Positions 49,854 to 60,200 of a stretch of DNA of 64,000 bases are shown in pieces. Position numbers and translations under genes: made by a program. Under the pieces are notes generated by a model. It was not told the origin of the DNA. It was given only the letters and a program-made list of their open reading frames with translations, and did not search any database. Numbering within the stretch: the stretch's first letter is position 1; every line of letters starts with the position of its first letter. Source of the stretch: Akkermansiaceae bacterium (lineage in GTDB: Bacteria; Verrucomicrobiota; Verrucomicrobiia; Verrucomicrobiales; Akkermansiaceae); NCBI GenBank assembly GCA_051251915.1, contig JBPOGF010000001.1, forward strand, positions 1 to 64,000. The letters run 5' to 3'.

Positions 49854-51137
49854 ATGATCGGACCTATTTCACAAAAGTTATTTGCTAAGGCAAAAGAAAT
49901 CATACCTGGCGGGGTGAACTCACCTGTTAGAGCGTTTAAAAACGTGGATGGAGATCCTTTTTTTGTGAGGAAGGCACATGGTAGCCGGATTACGGATGTG
50001 GATGGGAAGACTTATATTGATTATATAGGGACTTGGGGGCCTGCGATATTGGGGCATGCACCGATTGTGATTACGCAGACGATTCATGAGGTGGCTAAGG
50101 ACGGGGTTTCATTTGGAGCTCCGAATCCTTGGGAGATAGAGATGGCGCAGACGATTGTGGACTGGGTTCCTAGTGTGGAGAAGGTAAGGATGGTGAATTC
50201 CGGGACTGAGGCGACGATGTCTGCTATTAGATTGGCGCGTGGGTTTACTGGTCGTGATAAGTTGCTCAAGTTTGAAGGTTGTTATCATGGGCATGTGGAT
50301 CATTTATTGGTGGCTGCTGGTTCTGGTGCGTTGACTCATGGTGAGCCAGATAGTGCGGGAGTTCCTAAGGATTTTGCGAAGCATACGATTACGGTTCCTT
50401 TTAATGATCCTGCTGCGGTGGAGGAAGTTTTCAAGGCGGTTGGTGATGATGTGGCGTGTATTATTTTGGAGCCTATTCCGGCGAATGCGGGGCTCATTAT
50501 GCCGAAAGAAGGTTTTCTTGAGTTTCTCAGAGAAATAGCGACGCGTTACGGTGCGGTGTTGATTTTTGATGAGGTGATGACTGGTTTCCGTGTGGCGCGC
50601 GGCGGTGTGCAGGAGCTGATGGGAGTGACTCCGGATCTTACTTGTATGGGTAAGGTTATTGGTGGTGGACTTCCTGTGGGTGCGTTTGGTGGTAAGGCTG
50701 AAATTATGGATTTCTTGGCGCCAGATGGTCCGGTTTATCAGGCTGGGACGCTGAGCGGGAATCCGTTGGCGATGGCTGCGGGGTTACGTCAGCTTAAGGA
50801 ACTTGAGAAGGCTCAGGGTTGGGATCATTTAGAGATTTTAGGGCAGAGACTGGAAGATGGTCTGCGTGGGTTGTTGAAGGAAAATGGTCTGAATTATCAG
50901 TTAAACCGAGTTGGATCGATGTTCTGTCTGTTTTTTACGGACAAGGAAATAGTTAACATGGACGATGTGAAGGGTGCTGATATGGAGGCATTTAAGAGAT
51001 TTTTCTGGGCGCTGTTAGATGAGGGAGTTTACTTCGCACCGAGCCCGTATGAGACAGGATTTATTAGTATGGCACATAGCTTTGGCGATATTGACGACAC
51101 GCTTGATGCGGTCGGGAAGGCTATGAAATTTATATAA
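49854..51137 (+). CDS. hemL: Glutamate-1-semialdehyde 2,1-aminomutase
   Basis: PGGVNSPVRAF, NSGTEATMSAIRLARG, GCYHGH, GKVIGGGLPVGA, YQAGTLSGNP. Confidence 0.97.
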   Translation: MIGPISQKLFAKAKEIIPGGVNSPVRAFKNVDGDPFFVRKAHGSRITDVDGKTYIDYIGTWGPAILGHAPIVITQTIHEVAKDGVSFGAPNPWEIEMAQTIVDWVPSVEKVRMVNSGTEATMSAIRLARGFTGRDKLLKFEGCYHGHVDHLLVAAGSGALTHGEPDSAGVPKDFAKHTITVPFNDPAAVEEVFKAVGDDVACIILEPIPANAGLIMPKEGFLEFLREIATRYGAVLIFDEVMTGFRVARGGVQELMGVTPDLTCMGKVIGGGLPVGAFGGKAEIMDFLAPDGPVYQAGTLSGNPLAMAAGLRQLKELEKAQGWDHLEILGQRLEDGLRGLLKENGLNYQLNRVGSMFCLFFTDKEIVNMDDVKGADMEAFKRFFWALLDEGVYFAPSPYETGFISMAHSFGDIDDTLDAVGKAMKFI

Positions 51138-51156
51138 CGAACACACAAAAAATATT

Positions 51157-51450
51157 ATGAGAGCTAAAGATATGATCATCGCAGTAGAGACTGTTGATAA
51201 ACCGATTTTCACCAATGAAACTGAGCGCTGCCTCTACTTGGTAGGGATCGGAAAATGGGAAGATGCGCATGAGTTTGTAGAGAAGTTGCCTGAGCCAGGA
51301 GCTTCTTGGATACATGCGATGATGCACCGTGAAGAGGGTGATAAGGAGAATGCGAGATATTGGTATCTAAAGGCAGATAAGCGCATACCGAAGCCGACTG
51401 TTAGTATGATGGATGAGTGGACGGAGATTGTAAAAGAGCTGCTTACTTAG
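51157..51450 (+). CDS. Conserved hypothetical protein
   Basis: W.DAH...WIHAMMHREEGD..NARYWY motif. Confidence 0.75.
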   Translation: MRAKDMIIAVETVDKPIFTNETERCLYLVGIGKWEDAHEFVEKLPEPGASWIHAMMHREEGDKENARYWYLKADKRIPKPTVSMMDEWTEIVKELLT

Positions 51451-51471
51451 GAGTTCTAGAGGTAAGTATTT

Positions 51472-51957
51472 CTAGTGACTTTCGTATTGATTGCATAGTT
51501 CTAGAAATCTATCTAAGATTTTTAGCTCCTCTTCGGTCAATTCCTTTATTTGTTGGCGGCTGGAACATGCTGTATAAACAGCATCGTAGCCGTAATCTGG
51601 GAATTCGCTTAAATAGTGGCACATGTAGGCTGGGAGGTAGAATCGCCAACCTTCTGGATCCGAGAACGTGAAATACTCTTGATAGCATTCGGTTTTTGCT
51701 TTCGAGATTTCACGCCAATTTGATTCGGGATCTTCCAAAGAAAGTTGAGTAAGGCGTTGTGGTGAAATTTCCCATTCATCGTCAAGTCCACGGGCAACTC
51801 TGAGTGTTATTTTGGGCTTTGGTATTGAAGTGAATGTATTTTCTATGAGATCGCGCAATTTTAGAGCTTCGGCATATCCTGCTTCAGCTTTTTTTATACG
51901 TGTAATCTCAGACGGATCATAGCCTCTGTCGCGTGCTTCTTGGGATGAGATTCTCAC
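51472..51957 (-). CDS. Hypothetical protein (DUF6714-like)
   Basis: F.DPEGWRFYLPAYM motif; abuts the kinase stop codon. Confidence 0.6.
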   Translation of the reverse strand: MRISSQEARDRGYDPSEITRIKKAEAGYAEALKLRDLIENTFTSIPKPKITLRVARGLDDEWEISPQRLTQLSLEDPESNWREISKAKTECYQEYFTFSDPEGWRFYLPAYMCHYLSEFPDYGYDAVYTACSSRQQIKELTEEELKILDRFLELCNQYESH

Positions 51958-51958
51958 T

Positions 51959-53965
51959 TTATCTCGGGAGGCTGAGTTGGAAGCAGGCTCCTTTGGTTTG
52001 GTTGTTTTTGGATTTTTTGGCGATGGTGAGGTCGCCGCGCATGGCTCTGGCTAGGCGTTTACAGAGGGCTAGGCCGAGGCCTACGCCGGGTTTGGTGTGG
52101 GCAGCTTCTTTGGCGGATTTGTGGAAGGGTTTGAAGAGGCGTTTTTGTTCTGAGCGGGCGATTCCGTCGCCTTGGTCGCAGACTTGGATGTTGATTTTTC
52201 TGTTTTTGACTTCTGCGAGGAGGGTGATTTCTTTGCCGTGATTTTCGGCTGAGGCGTATTTACAGGCGTTGTCTACGAGGTTAAAGATGATTTGTTCTAC
52301 GGCAGTTATGTCGATGTTGAGGGGTTCATCTGATGAGCTGTCTGAGAAGACGGTGTTGACGAACATGTTGTCTTCTTGGGCGCGTTCGTTGAGGCGGGGT
52401 TCGATGCGCTGGATGAAGTGGTAGAGGGAGATGGTTTCTACTTTTACTTTAGAATTGGCACTGCCGCGCTCGATTTGTGAGTATGAGAGGACATTTTCTA
52501 CGAGGTGGGAGAGGCGTTCTGACTCGTGCTTGAGGGTGGTGAGGTAGGCTTGTTGTTTTTCTTTGTCTGTGACCATGCCTGAGGAGAGGAGGTCTGAGTA
52601 GAGGCGGAAGGTGGTGAGTGGGGTGCGGAGCTCGTGGGTGACGGAGGATACGAATGCGGCTCTGCGTTCTGACATTTTGAGGACGCTTTTGAGCATGAAG
52701 AAGCAGGCGATGATGGCGAGGATGGCGCCGAGCCAGGCGAGACCAATGGGGCCGGTGATGTAGTCTGTGGGGGTGGACTTAACGACTCCGAGGTCATTGT
52801 GGACGAGTCGGAGAGGGAGGCTGAGCATGGTGGTTTCATCACCTTTTGCTTTGTGGCCTTTGAGGAGGTTGACGATGTCTTGCTCTACGGGGATGAGATT
52901 GGCGTGGGGGAAGAGGTCATGGATTTCTGCGAGGAGTTTGTTAATGAGGACGGTTTTGTTGAGCCAGATTCCTTGGACGCTATCGCTGCTGGATTCGCTG
53001 ACTTTTCTGACGAGCATGAGTTCGTTGCTTAGCCAGAGTGGATTGAAGGGAGTGGAGAATGGTTCTTCGAGTTGGTTTAGCTGGTTTAGCTGATTGATTG
53101 GTGGAGTCTGGGGAGGAGCTGGCTTAACGGGTTTGGAGGGGTTGGTGGGGGCTACTTTTTGGGTTAGCTCAGGGGTAAGTTTTTCTTGGGTTTGCTGGAT
53201 GCCTTGTGCCCATTCTTGGGTGCGTTTGCTGCTGGCAATTCTTGAGACGGCTTTTTGTCTGCTGCCTTTATCAGCGAGGGTAAGTTTTTGCTGTTCGTCT
53301 GGGGCGTTGAGAGATTCTTCGATGGTGACTTTGCTATTGGTGTTTTGGGAATAGCTGTTGTAGCTGAAGTCTTGTGGTTGAGCTTTTAAGGATGTATCTA
53401 TTTGTGCGGCACTCCAGTTATCTAGTGAGACGTGGGCGGCGGCGCAGGTGAGTGAGCGATTATCAGAATCAGGTAGGATGGGGACTGTGGATGGTGCTAA
53501 CTTGGTGGAGAGAATGCCTTTGAGTTGATCGAGCTGTTTGTTGTGTAGTTCGTTGTTTTTCACATCAATCCCATTACCTATGAGGTAGTTGGTTCCGTAG
53601 ACTTGTGGTGAGTTTACTGAGTGCTTTCTATTAGGTTCTAGGTTCCAGTAGAGGTTCGCGGTCTCTGGGGTGTTGTAGTAGAATGAATTTACGTTACTGG
53701 TGTAGGCTGGGTCTGGGTGCTCGATGAGTTCAGGGTTCTTAAATTCATAGACTGAGCGTTCGTCCTCGTTGGCAATGATGGATGCTGCGAGGGTATCTAG
53801 CCGCCACATGGCGAGCCGGATACGACCTTGGCGGTGTGCGTCCACTATCTGTTGGGAGTGCTGGACGTCTTTCTGAATCATCCCATTGGTGATGACTCCG
53901 AAGGCTGTGAGCACGATGATGACGCAGAGTGCTGCGATGATCCAGATAGTGGATGTTTTATTCAT
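51959..53965 (-). CDS. Sensor histidine kinase (HisKA)
   Basis: FVSSVTHELRTPLT, NLVDNACKY, DQGDG, GVGLGL; two TM segments. Confidence 0.93.
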   Translation of the reverse strand: MNKTSTIWIIAALCVIIVLTAFGVITNGMIQKDVQHSQQIVDAHRQGRIRLAMWRLDTLAASIIANEDERSVYEFKNPELIEHPDPAYTSNVNSFYYNTPETANLYWNLEPNRKHSVNSPQVYGTNYLIGNGIDVKNNELHNKQLDQLKGILSTKLAPSTVPILPDSDNRSLTCAAAHVSLDNWSAAQIDTSLKAQPQDFSYNSYSQNTNSKVTIEESLNAPDEQQKLTLADKGSRQKAVSRIASSKRTQEWAQGIQQTQEKLTPELTQKVAPTNPSKPVKPAPPQTPPINQLNQLNQLEEPFSTPFNPLWLSNELMLVRKVSESSSDSVQGIWLNKTVLINKLLAEIHDLFPHANLIPVEQDIVNLLKGHKAKGDETTMLSLPLRLVHNDLGVVKSTPTDYITGPIGLAWLGAILAIIACFFMLKSVLKMSERRAAFVSSVTHELRTPLTTFRLYSDLLSSGMVTDKEKQQAYLTTLKHESERLSHLVENVLSYSQIERGSANSKVKVETISLYHFIQRIEPRLNERAQEDNMFVNTVFSDSSSDEPLNIDITAVEQIIFNLVDNACKYASAENHGKEITLLAEVKNRKINIQVCDQGDGIARSEQKRLFKPFHKSAKEAAHTKPGVGLGLALCKRLARAMRGDLTIAKKSKNNQTKGACFQLSLPR

Positions 53966-54651
53966 GATGCGATCATGTATCCTTTACCTCTGACGGTTTG
54001 TAGGATGCTTTGGTTCTCGTCTTTGAGTTTATTTCTGAGGTGAGCGACGTGCATGTCTATGGTACGTGTGTTGACGCCCTTGGGGTCTAGATTCCATACT
54101 TGTCTGAGTATTTCATCTCTGGCGATGGCTCTGCCTGAGTTTGAGACGAGGTAGAGGAGGAGCTCGGATTCTTTGTCAGAGAGTTCTTCTTTGGTGTTGT
54201 CTGCTGTGTAGAGGATTTCTCTTCTAGAGAAGCTGGCGGTGCCGCTGGTGAAGTGGAATTCTTCGACGCGTGGGGCTCGTTCATTACTGCGGCGTAGGAC
54301 GGCGTCTACTCTGGCGAGTAGCTCACGGACGCTGAAGGGTTTGACGACGTAGTCATCGGCTCCCATACTGAGACCTTTTACACGGTCTGCTTCTTCTCCA
54401 CGGGCGGAGAGGATGATGACGGGTTGTCCGGGGCGATTTCGCTTGAGAGCCTCTAGGACTTCAAAGCCACTGTGATGTGGCATAACTAGGTCTAGTAATA
54501 ATAGGTGGTACTGGGTGGATAGGGCGTAGTTCATGGCTTGTCTTCCATCTCCGGCTGCCATCACGTGGTAGCCTGAGAATGTTAGAGCATCGACCACTCC
54601 CTGCCTTACTGCTGGGTCGTCTTCTGCGACTAGGATTGTAGTAGTATTCAT
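53962..54651 (-). CDS. OmpR family response regulator
   Basis: AEDD, LLDLVMP, GADDYVVKPF, RTIDMHV, TVRGKGY; overlaps the kinase start by 4 bp. Confidence 0.95.
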   Translation of the reverse strand: MNTTTILVAEDDPAVRQGVVDALTFSGYHVMAAGDGRQAMNYALSTQYHLLLLDLVMPHHSGFEVLEALKRNRPGQPVIILSARGEEADRVKGLSMGADDYVVKPFSVRELLARVDAVLRRSNERAPRVEEFHFTSGTASFSRREILYTADNTKEELSDKESELLLYLVSNSGRAIARDEILRQVWNLDPKGVNTRTIDMHVAHLRNKLKDENQSILQTVRGKGYMIAS

Positions 54652-54754
54652 GGTGTGAGAATATCATAGTCACAAAATGAAGTCTATTTTGTAAATAGTA
54701 TGTAAAATGGGCAATAATTATCCCCTTTTGGGTGTGGTGGCAAGGTATGGGGAA

Positions 54755-56158
54755 TTACTCAGCTTGTTTGGCTTTACGGAAGTCTGGGTTTGGCTTGGTG
54801 GGGACGGGGGCGTTGATTTTCTTTCTCCAGGCTTCTAGTTTTGCGGTGAGTTCGGTGGCTTTTGACTCGTAGCTGGTGGCCAAATTATTTTTCTCACTGG
54901 AGTCGTATTTGAGGTTGTAGAGCTCGATGTCATTGTTCTCGAAATACTGGATGAGCTTCCAGTCGCCTTGACGGATCGCTGATCCTGGGCGTGTGCGGAA
55001 GACTGGGTCTTGGGATTGGTCATTGCCGCCTTGGAGGTAGATAGGGAAATGCCAGTAGAGTGCACGGTCTGCAATCTGACCATCAAAAAGTAGCGGAAGA
55101 ATACTGACTCCATCAAGGGGTTTGCCTGGTATTTCAGATTTAGTGATGTCTAGAAGAGTGGGGAAGAAGTCTAGGTGGCTGACTGGGGTGTCACACTTTC
55201 CCGGCGAAATTTTATTAGACCAGCGGATGATGAGAGGCTCGCGGATGCCTCCTTCGTAGTATGAGCCTTTTCCTGCTCGGAGTGGAGTTTGCTTAGAGTG
55301 GTTGTAAACGCCGCCATTATCTGAGGTGAAGATGATGATGGTGCTATTGGTTAGTTTTAGATCTGAGAGTGCGTTCATGAGTCTGCCGATGTTGTCATCG
55401 AGACTGGAGATCATGGCTGCGTATTCTGGGTTGTTCTGAGACTCGTTGCCTTTCTTTTGTTTGAATTTAGCGACTTTTTCTGCTTTTGCTTGGATGGGTG
55501 TGTGAACGGTGAAGTAGGGGAGGTAGAGGAAAAATGGGGTGGCTTTGTATGTCTTGATGAATTTTATGGCTTCGTCTGTGAGTCTGTCTGTGAGGTATTC
55601 GCCAGGTTCATTGTTTACTAGGTTTGGGTATTTGTATGGGCTGTGATAGCCACCTGAGTATGGTCCACCAGCTTCTGAGCCAGCGATATTGATATCAAAA
55701 CCATTTTTAAGGGGGTTTTTAGAAACGTGCCATTTTCCGATGGTGCCAGTGATGTATCCGGCTCGTTGCATTAGGTGTCCGAGTGTGATCTCGTTGCTTT
55801 TGATATGGAGAGTGTTTTTAATGGGGATGAGTTTACGGGTGTGGGATTTTCCTCGGTCTGATTCATTGACTGTGTAGACGCCATGACGGGGGGTGACCAT
55901 TCCGGTGAGGGCTGATGCTCTGCTGGGGGCGCAGTTGGATGCAGCTGCGTAGGCATTGGTGAATACCATTCCTTTAGCTGCGAGTTTATCGATGTGTGGG
56001 GTTTCGTAGAATTTGCTACCTTGGTATCCTACGTCTGCCCAGCCTAGATCATCGACATTGATGTAGATGACGTTGGGTTTATTGTTCGCGGTTGCTAGTG
56101 TGGCAGACGCGATAGACACAATTAGAAGGAGGGCAATCTGTGCTACAAGTTTTTGCAT
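54755..56158 (-). CDS. Sulfatase (S1 family)
   Basis: DDLGWAD, CAPSRA, GKWH, SDNGG, KGSYYEGGIREP. Confidence 0.94.
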   Translation of the reverse strand: MQKLVAQIALLLIVSIASATLATANNKPNVIYINVDDLGWADVGYQGSKFYETPHIDKLAAKGMVFTNAYAAASNCAPSRASALTGMVTPRHGVYTVNESDRGKSHTRKLIPIKNTLHIKSNEITLGHLMQRAGYITGTIGKWHVSKNPLKNGFDINIAGSEAGGPYSGGYHSPYKYPNLVNNEPGEYLTDRLTDEAIKFIKTYKATPFFLYLPYFTVHTPIQAKAEKVAKFKQKKGNESQNNPEYAAMISSLDDNIGRLMNALSDLKLTNSTIIIFTSDNGGVYNHSKQTPLRAGKGSYYEGGIREPLIIRWSNKISPGKCDTPVSHLDFFPTLLDITKSEIPGKPLDGVSILPLLFDGQIADRALYWHFPIYLQGGNDQSQDPVFRTRPGSAIRQGDWKLIQYFENNDIELYNLKYDSSEKNNLATSYESKATELTAKLEAWRKKINAPVPTKPNPDFRKAKQAE

Positions 56159-56209
56159 GAACTATTTTGCTAGGAGATAGAGAATGAAGTCCAGCGAAAA
56201 ATTAGAGTT

Positions 56210-56905
56210 CTAATTTTGCGGTGGGTGATAGCAGTAGCCTAGTCCGCGTCTGGTCTGGATGACTTCTGCGCAGAGTGGTGATGCTGAGGTAAGTTTTGCT
56301 CGGAGGGTTTTGATGTGTGCGTCTACGGTTCTGTCCATGGCTGATCCGGGGTCATCCCACGCGTGTTCTAGGAGTTGTTCTCTGGTGAAGGTGCGGCCTG
56401 GCTGGGAGATGAATGTGGCTAGCAGTTTGTACTCGTGTGCGGTGAGTGCTACTGGCTTGCCGAAGCAGTGAATGGTCATGGCGTCAGTGTCGATGCTGAT
56501 GCCTTCATTGGTGTGCTTGATGCGCTCCTGTGGGGAGCCGCTGGATGTTCTTCTGAGAATGGCTTTGATGCGGGCGACGAGTTCGCGTGGGCTGAATGGC
56601 TTGGTGACGTAGTCATCGGCACCGAATTCTAGGCCTAAAACGCGGTCGATTTCTGAGTCTCTGGCGGTAAGGAATAGGATAGGGATGCCGGAGTCTTTAC
56701 GGATTTGTTGGCAGACATCGAGGCCAGTTGTGTCTGGTAGGCCAATGTCTAGGACTACGAGTGAATAACATTTCTTGTCATGGACTAGCGAGATGGCCTC
56801 GGCTCCTGTGGTGACGTGGGTGGTCTGAAAATGCTCAGTTTCTAGAGCATAAACGATGGTTTCTGCGATGGAGGATTCATCTTCGACTATGAGAATATGG
56901 GGCAT
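56210..56905 (-). CDS. CreB-like OmpR family response regulator
   Basis: EDESSIAETIVYAL, LDIGLPD, GADDYVTKPFSPRE, DRTVDAHIKTLRAKL. Confidence 0.9.
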   Translation of the reverse strand: MPHILIVEDESSIAETIVYALETEHFQTTHVTTGAEAISLVHDKKCYSLVVLDIGLPDTTGLDVCQQIRKDSGIPILFLTARDSEIDRVLGLEFGADDYVTKPFSPRELVARIKAILRRTSSGSPQERIKHTNEGISIDTDAMTIHCFGKPVALTAHEYKLLATFISQPGRTFTREQLLEHAWDDPGSAMDRTVDAHIKTLRAKLTSASPLCAEVIQTRRGLGYCYHPPQN

Positions 56906-56962
56906 AGGTTAGTAATGGGGCTTTGAGTGTATGCCTAGGTTTACGGTTGAAGTTCTAACTAC

Positions 56963-57544
56963 TTACGTTTGGGTTTTGATTTTTTCGATGTTGCAGCGGA
57001 TTCTGTATCCTTGACGCTGCGGGCTGGTGCCGGCTTTCTGGAGCCAGAGTAGGATGTCTTTTTCTAGTTGGTCACAGTCATCATGCCACTCATCAGCTTG
57101 CTTGAGAACGAGTATAGATTCTCGTATTTCGCTGAAGAAGACTTCACGTGCGCCGAGTTTCTTGAGTGCATGCATTTCTGTGTGGAGGATCTGGTAGAAG
57201 GAGAGTTCGTAACCGTTACCAGCTTCTATTGCTGCGCGTTCTAGAGAGATGGTGATGGGTGGGCATTCTATTTCTAGTGCGTTGGCTATGGCCTCACAGC
57301 CGATCCTTTTTAAGGTGTGCTGGATGCGGGTGAAGAGGAGCTCTATGTTGAGGAGTCTTAGAGGGCACTTGTGTTCTAGATAATATACGATGCCATCATA
57401 GACGTCATCGACGAAGGAAAAATGTGGTTGGTTGGCTCGGTGCGCAGCTTGCTCGATGGCACGACGAATCCAATAGGTATCGTAGTCTGATATCTGGTGT
57501 TCTCCTACTTGGAGCACGGGCATGTTTCCTGCTATGCAAATCAT
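56963..57544 (-). CDS. Hypothetical protein downstream of nrdR
   Basis: Intact 193-aa ORF, co-directional with nrdR. Confidence 0.75.
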   Translation of the reverse strand: MICIAGNMPVLQVGEHQISDYDTYWIRRAIEQAAHRANQPHFSFVDDVYDGIVYYLEHKCPLRLLNIELLFTRIQHTLKRIGCEAIANALEIECPPITISLERAAIEAGNGYELSFYQILHTEMHALKKLGAREVFFSEIRESILVLKQADEWHDDCDQLEKDILLWLQKAGTSPQRQGYRIRCNIEKIKTQT

Positions 57545-57607
57545 ATTACTGTATAGGTCGGCGAGAGAATTTTAGGTTGGAAGAATAGGTTCAGAGTGTT
57601 GATTGGT

Positions 57608-58099
57608 CTATTCGTTGAAAAGTGGTGGTTGTAGTGGGTCTTTGCGTCCTCGGTATTCTAGTCTTTGAATTTCTTTGATGAATTCTCCTACGTCCTCGAA
57701 CTGGCGGTAGACTGATACATACCTGACGTATGCGACCGGGTCTATGTCGTAGAGTTTGTCTGTCACCTTAACTCCGATGACTCCGGAGGGGACTTCTGAG
57801 AGGTGGTCTTTGTGTAGCTCTGCTAAGATTTCTTCTACTGCTCGGCCGAGTCTGTCCATGGAGACGGGGCGTTTCTCGCAGGCTTTTACTAGGCCTCGGA
57901 GTAGTTTCTCTCGGTTCAGAGTTTGGCGTGAACCATCACGTTTCACTACACGTAGTTCGGTGCGCTCGATCTGCTCGTAGGTGGTGTATCGATAACTGCA
58001 CTGTAGGCACACGCGTCTTCGCCGGGTGGAGGTCCCGTCTTTTGACATTCGTGAGTCGATGACTTTGTCATCAAGTGAGCCGCATTGGATACATCGCAT
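57608..58099 (-). CDS. nrdR: Transcriptional repressor NrdR
   Basis: MRCxxC...KVIDSR...RRRRVCxxC..RYTTYE Zn ribbon; ATP cone VVKRDG...AYVRYVSVYRQF. Confidence 0.97.
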   Translation of the reverse strand: MRCIQCGSLDDKVIDSRMSKDGTSTRRRRVCLQCSYRYTTYEQIERTELRVVKRDGSRQTLNREKLLRGLVKACEKRPVSMDRLGRAVEEILAELHKDHLSEVPSGVIGVKVTDKLYDIDPVAYVRYVSVYRQFEDVGEFIKEIQRLEYRGRKDPLQPPLFNE

Positions 58100-58331
58100 G
58101 TGAAATTTTCTCTTGGAGTGAAATCGTGAAATACTGTTGTAAAATAGGATGGTTTTCTACGATTCGTAAATGTAAAAAATATTGTGAATAAGTTACTTGT
58201 GTAGGTGATTAACTTTACTTGATTATTATTTTTATGAATTTTTGGGTGTCATGGTGAATTGCGTCAAATATATAGGGAAATATGGGCGAATTTGAAAAAT
58301 CTTAGTTCTTGGCAAAAGAATTTATAGGTGC

Positions 58332-59279
58332 ATGATGCGCCCACAAATGGCTGGCAGGAAAGCAAAACAAGTTAACAAATCCGAAGTTAATAGCGAAGTA
58401 GTTTCACTTCGTGAAGATCTTATGGTGCTCACGAAAATCCGTCTGAATACCTTCGTTCTGATCACCACGTTATTTGGCTATATCCTTGCGTCTAAGAGTA
58501 TAAGTGGGGTGTGGGTGGATGATTGGTGGAGATTGGTTCATACGCTTATAGGAACTGCTGCTGCGGCTTTTGGTAGTGCGGCATTTAATCAGTTGATGGA
58601 GATACAGCAGGATAGACAAATGAAGCGTACTGCGAACCGTCCTCTGCCATCGAACCGAATGAATGTGGTTACTGCTTTTGGGGTTGGCTGGGTGTTGAGT
58701 GCGTTTGGTGTGATTCATTTGGGAGCCAAGGTTGGGACGTGGAGTGCGTATCTGGCGGCTATTACGATTGTGATTTATGTCTTTATTTATACGCCGATGA
58801 AGCGCAAGTCATCGGCGAATACTCTTGTAGGCGCGATACCTGGAGCGATTCCTCCGGTTATTGGTTGGGTAGCAGCTGGTGGTAACTGGAGTGATGGTGA
58901 GGCTTGGTATCTTTTCGCATTGTTGTTTCTTTGGCAGCTACCGCACTTCGTGGCTATCAATTGGTTATGTCGTGAGGAATATGAGGAAGCTGGCTATGTG
59001 ATGTGGAGTAATGGGGATGTGAGTGGCAAGAAGACGGCTAGGTTGGCATTGATCTTCAGTGCTTGTCTTGCGTTACTGGCTCCTATTGCGTGTTTACCGG
59101 GAATTGAGTATGCCAATTGGATTTATGGGATTGGTGGTGGGCTAGCGGGAGTTTATATGTGCTGGCTGGCTGTGAAATTTAGCAGAGCTGGGACTCGTGA
59201 GTCATCGAGAGGGTTATTTCTGTTCACGCTATTATATTTGCTAATAGCGCTAGGATTACTTGCATTTTGCTGGAACTGA
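58332..59279 (+). CDS. cyoE: Protoheme IX farnesyltransferase (heme o synthase)
   Basis: NQLME..D..MKRTANRPLP, YTPMKRK, GAIPGAIPP, LWQLPHF. Confidence 0.93.
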   Translation: MMRPQMAGRKAKQVNKSEVNSEVVSLREDLMVLTKIRLNTFVLITTLFGYILASKSISGVWVDDWWRLVHTLIGTAAAAFGSAAFNQLMEIQQDRQMKRTANRPLPSNRMNVVTAFGVGWVLSAFGVIHLGAKVGTWSAYLAAITIVIYVFIYTPMKRKSSANTLVGAIPGAIPPVIGWVAAGGNWSDGEAWYLFALLFLWQLPHFVAINWLCREEYEEAGYVMWSNGDVSGKKTARLALIFSACLALLAPIACLPGIEYANWIYGIGGGLAGVYMCWLAVKFSRAGTRESSRGLFLFTLLYLLIALGLLAFCWN

Positions 59280-59313
59280 GCGTAGGGAAGCAGGGGAACT
59301 GACTAAGTAAATC

Positions 59314-60198
59314 ATGAAACCTCAACAACCATATCAACCCGCTGAACGAGATCCCGTGGCGATCCGCCGTACTGTGATCATTCTCTTCTTGCTGATGTTA
59401 GTAGGGGGCTTTTTCATTGTCTACAAGTATAAGCAGAAGATGGGCGATGAGATGACGGAGGTCCAGAAGGGGAGACCTGCGAAGACTCTTGGGATCATCA
59501 AGACGAATTTCCAGGTAGAGGGGCCTGAAGGGAAAATTTACCAAGATGGATTTACATTCCTGGAAAACAAAGTCTCGTTGATGACACTGATCTCACCGGA
59601 ACTTGAGCGTGAGTCAGAGGTTTTAATAAATGTTCTTAAGGAGGCCTCTGACCGTTATGAAGGGGAGGAAAGATTTCAGATTGTGTGTATATCTGCAGAT
59701 CCATTCAGTGAGGTAAGTGCGGATCAGCTGAAGGCGTTTTGTGTGGAGCATGGAGGTGGGGAAAACTGGTTTTATCTTACTTCTAAGAGTGAAGAATTTT
59801 CTAAATATGTGAATAAGGATCTCAAGCTGGGTGATGTGACTCAGAAGTATAAGGATTCTGATAAGCGGGTATTTCCGGATGTGACGAGAATAGTGGATTA
59901 CCACATGAATCTGCGAGGGAAGCAGGATGACTTCTATTTTGTAGCACGTAGTGATGCTCAGGCAGAGTTTGGTAAGGATAACTTGCTCAGTGAGTGGCAG
60001 AACTACATGTATAAGAATATTGATTACATTCTCACTGAAGAATCAGCCGACAAAGAATTTTCTAAGACAAATAATTCCAATAGATATCATTTCCCGTTGA
60101 TCGTATTCGGTGGGTTTATCCTCTTTATTCTGATCATGGGGATGCGCCTCAAGTTTCAGCGTAAGAAGGAAGCAATTACTAATAGAAAGAACAAATAG
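59314..60198 (+). CDS. Membrane protein with degenerate SCO/thioredoxin-like domain
   Basis: Two TM segments; ISADP, NWFYLT, IVD...LRG SCO-like motifs; no CxxxC. Confidence 0.55.
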   Translation: MKPQQPYQPAERDPVAIRRTVIILFLLMLVGGFFIVYKYKQKMGDEMTEVQKGRPAKTLGIIKTNFQVEGPEGKIYQDGFTFLENKVSLMTLISPELERESEVLINVLKEASDRYEGEERFQIVCISADPFSEVSADQLKAFCVEHGGGENWFYLTSKSEEFSKYVNKDLKLGDVTQKYKDSDKRVFPDVTRIVDYHMNLRGKQDDFYFVARSDAQAEFGKDNLLSEWQNYMYKNIDYILTEESADKEFSKTNNSNRYHFPLIVFGGFILFILIMGMRLKFQRKKEAITNRKNK

Positions 60199-60200
60199 TT

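Noticed and set aside
58263..58278. NrdR box in the nrdR/cyoE intergenic region (CAAATATATAGG)
   Set aside because: Single site, lacks the conserved C of the core and has no partner at ~31 bp; AT-rich background.
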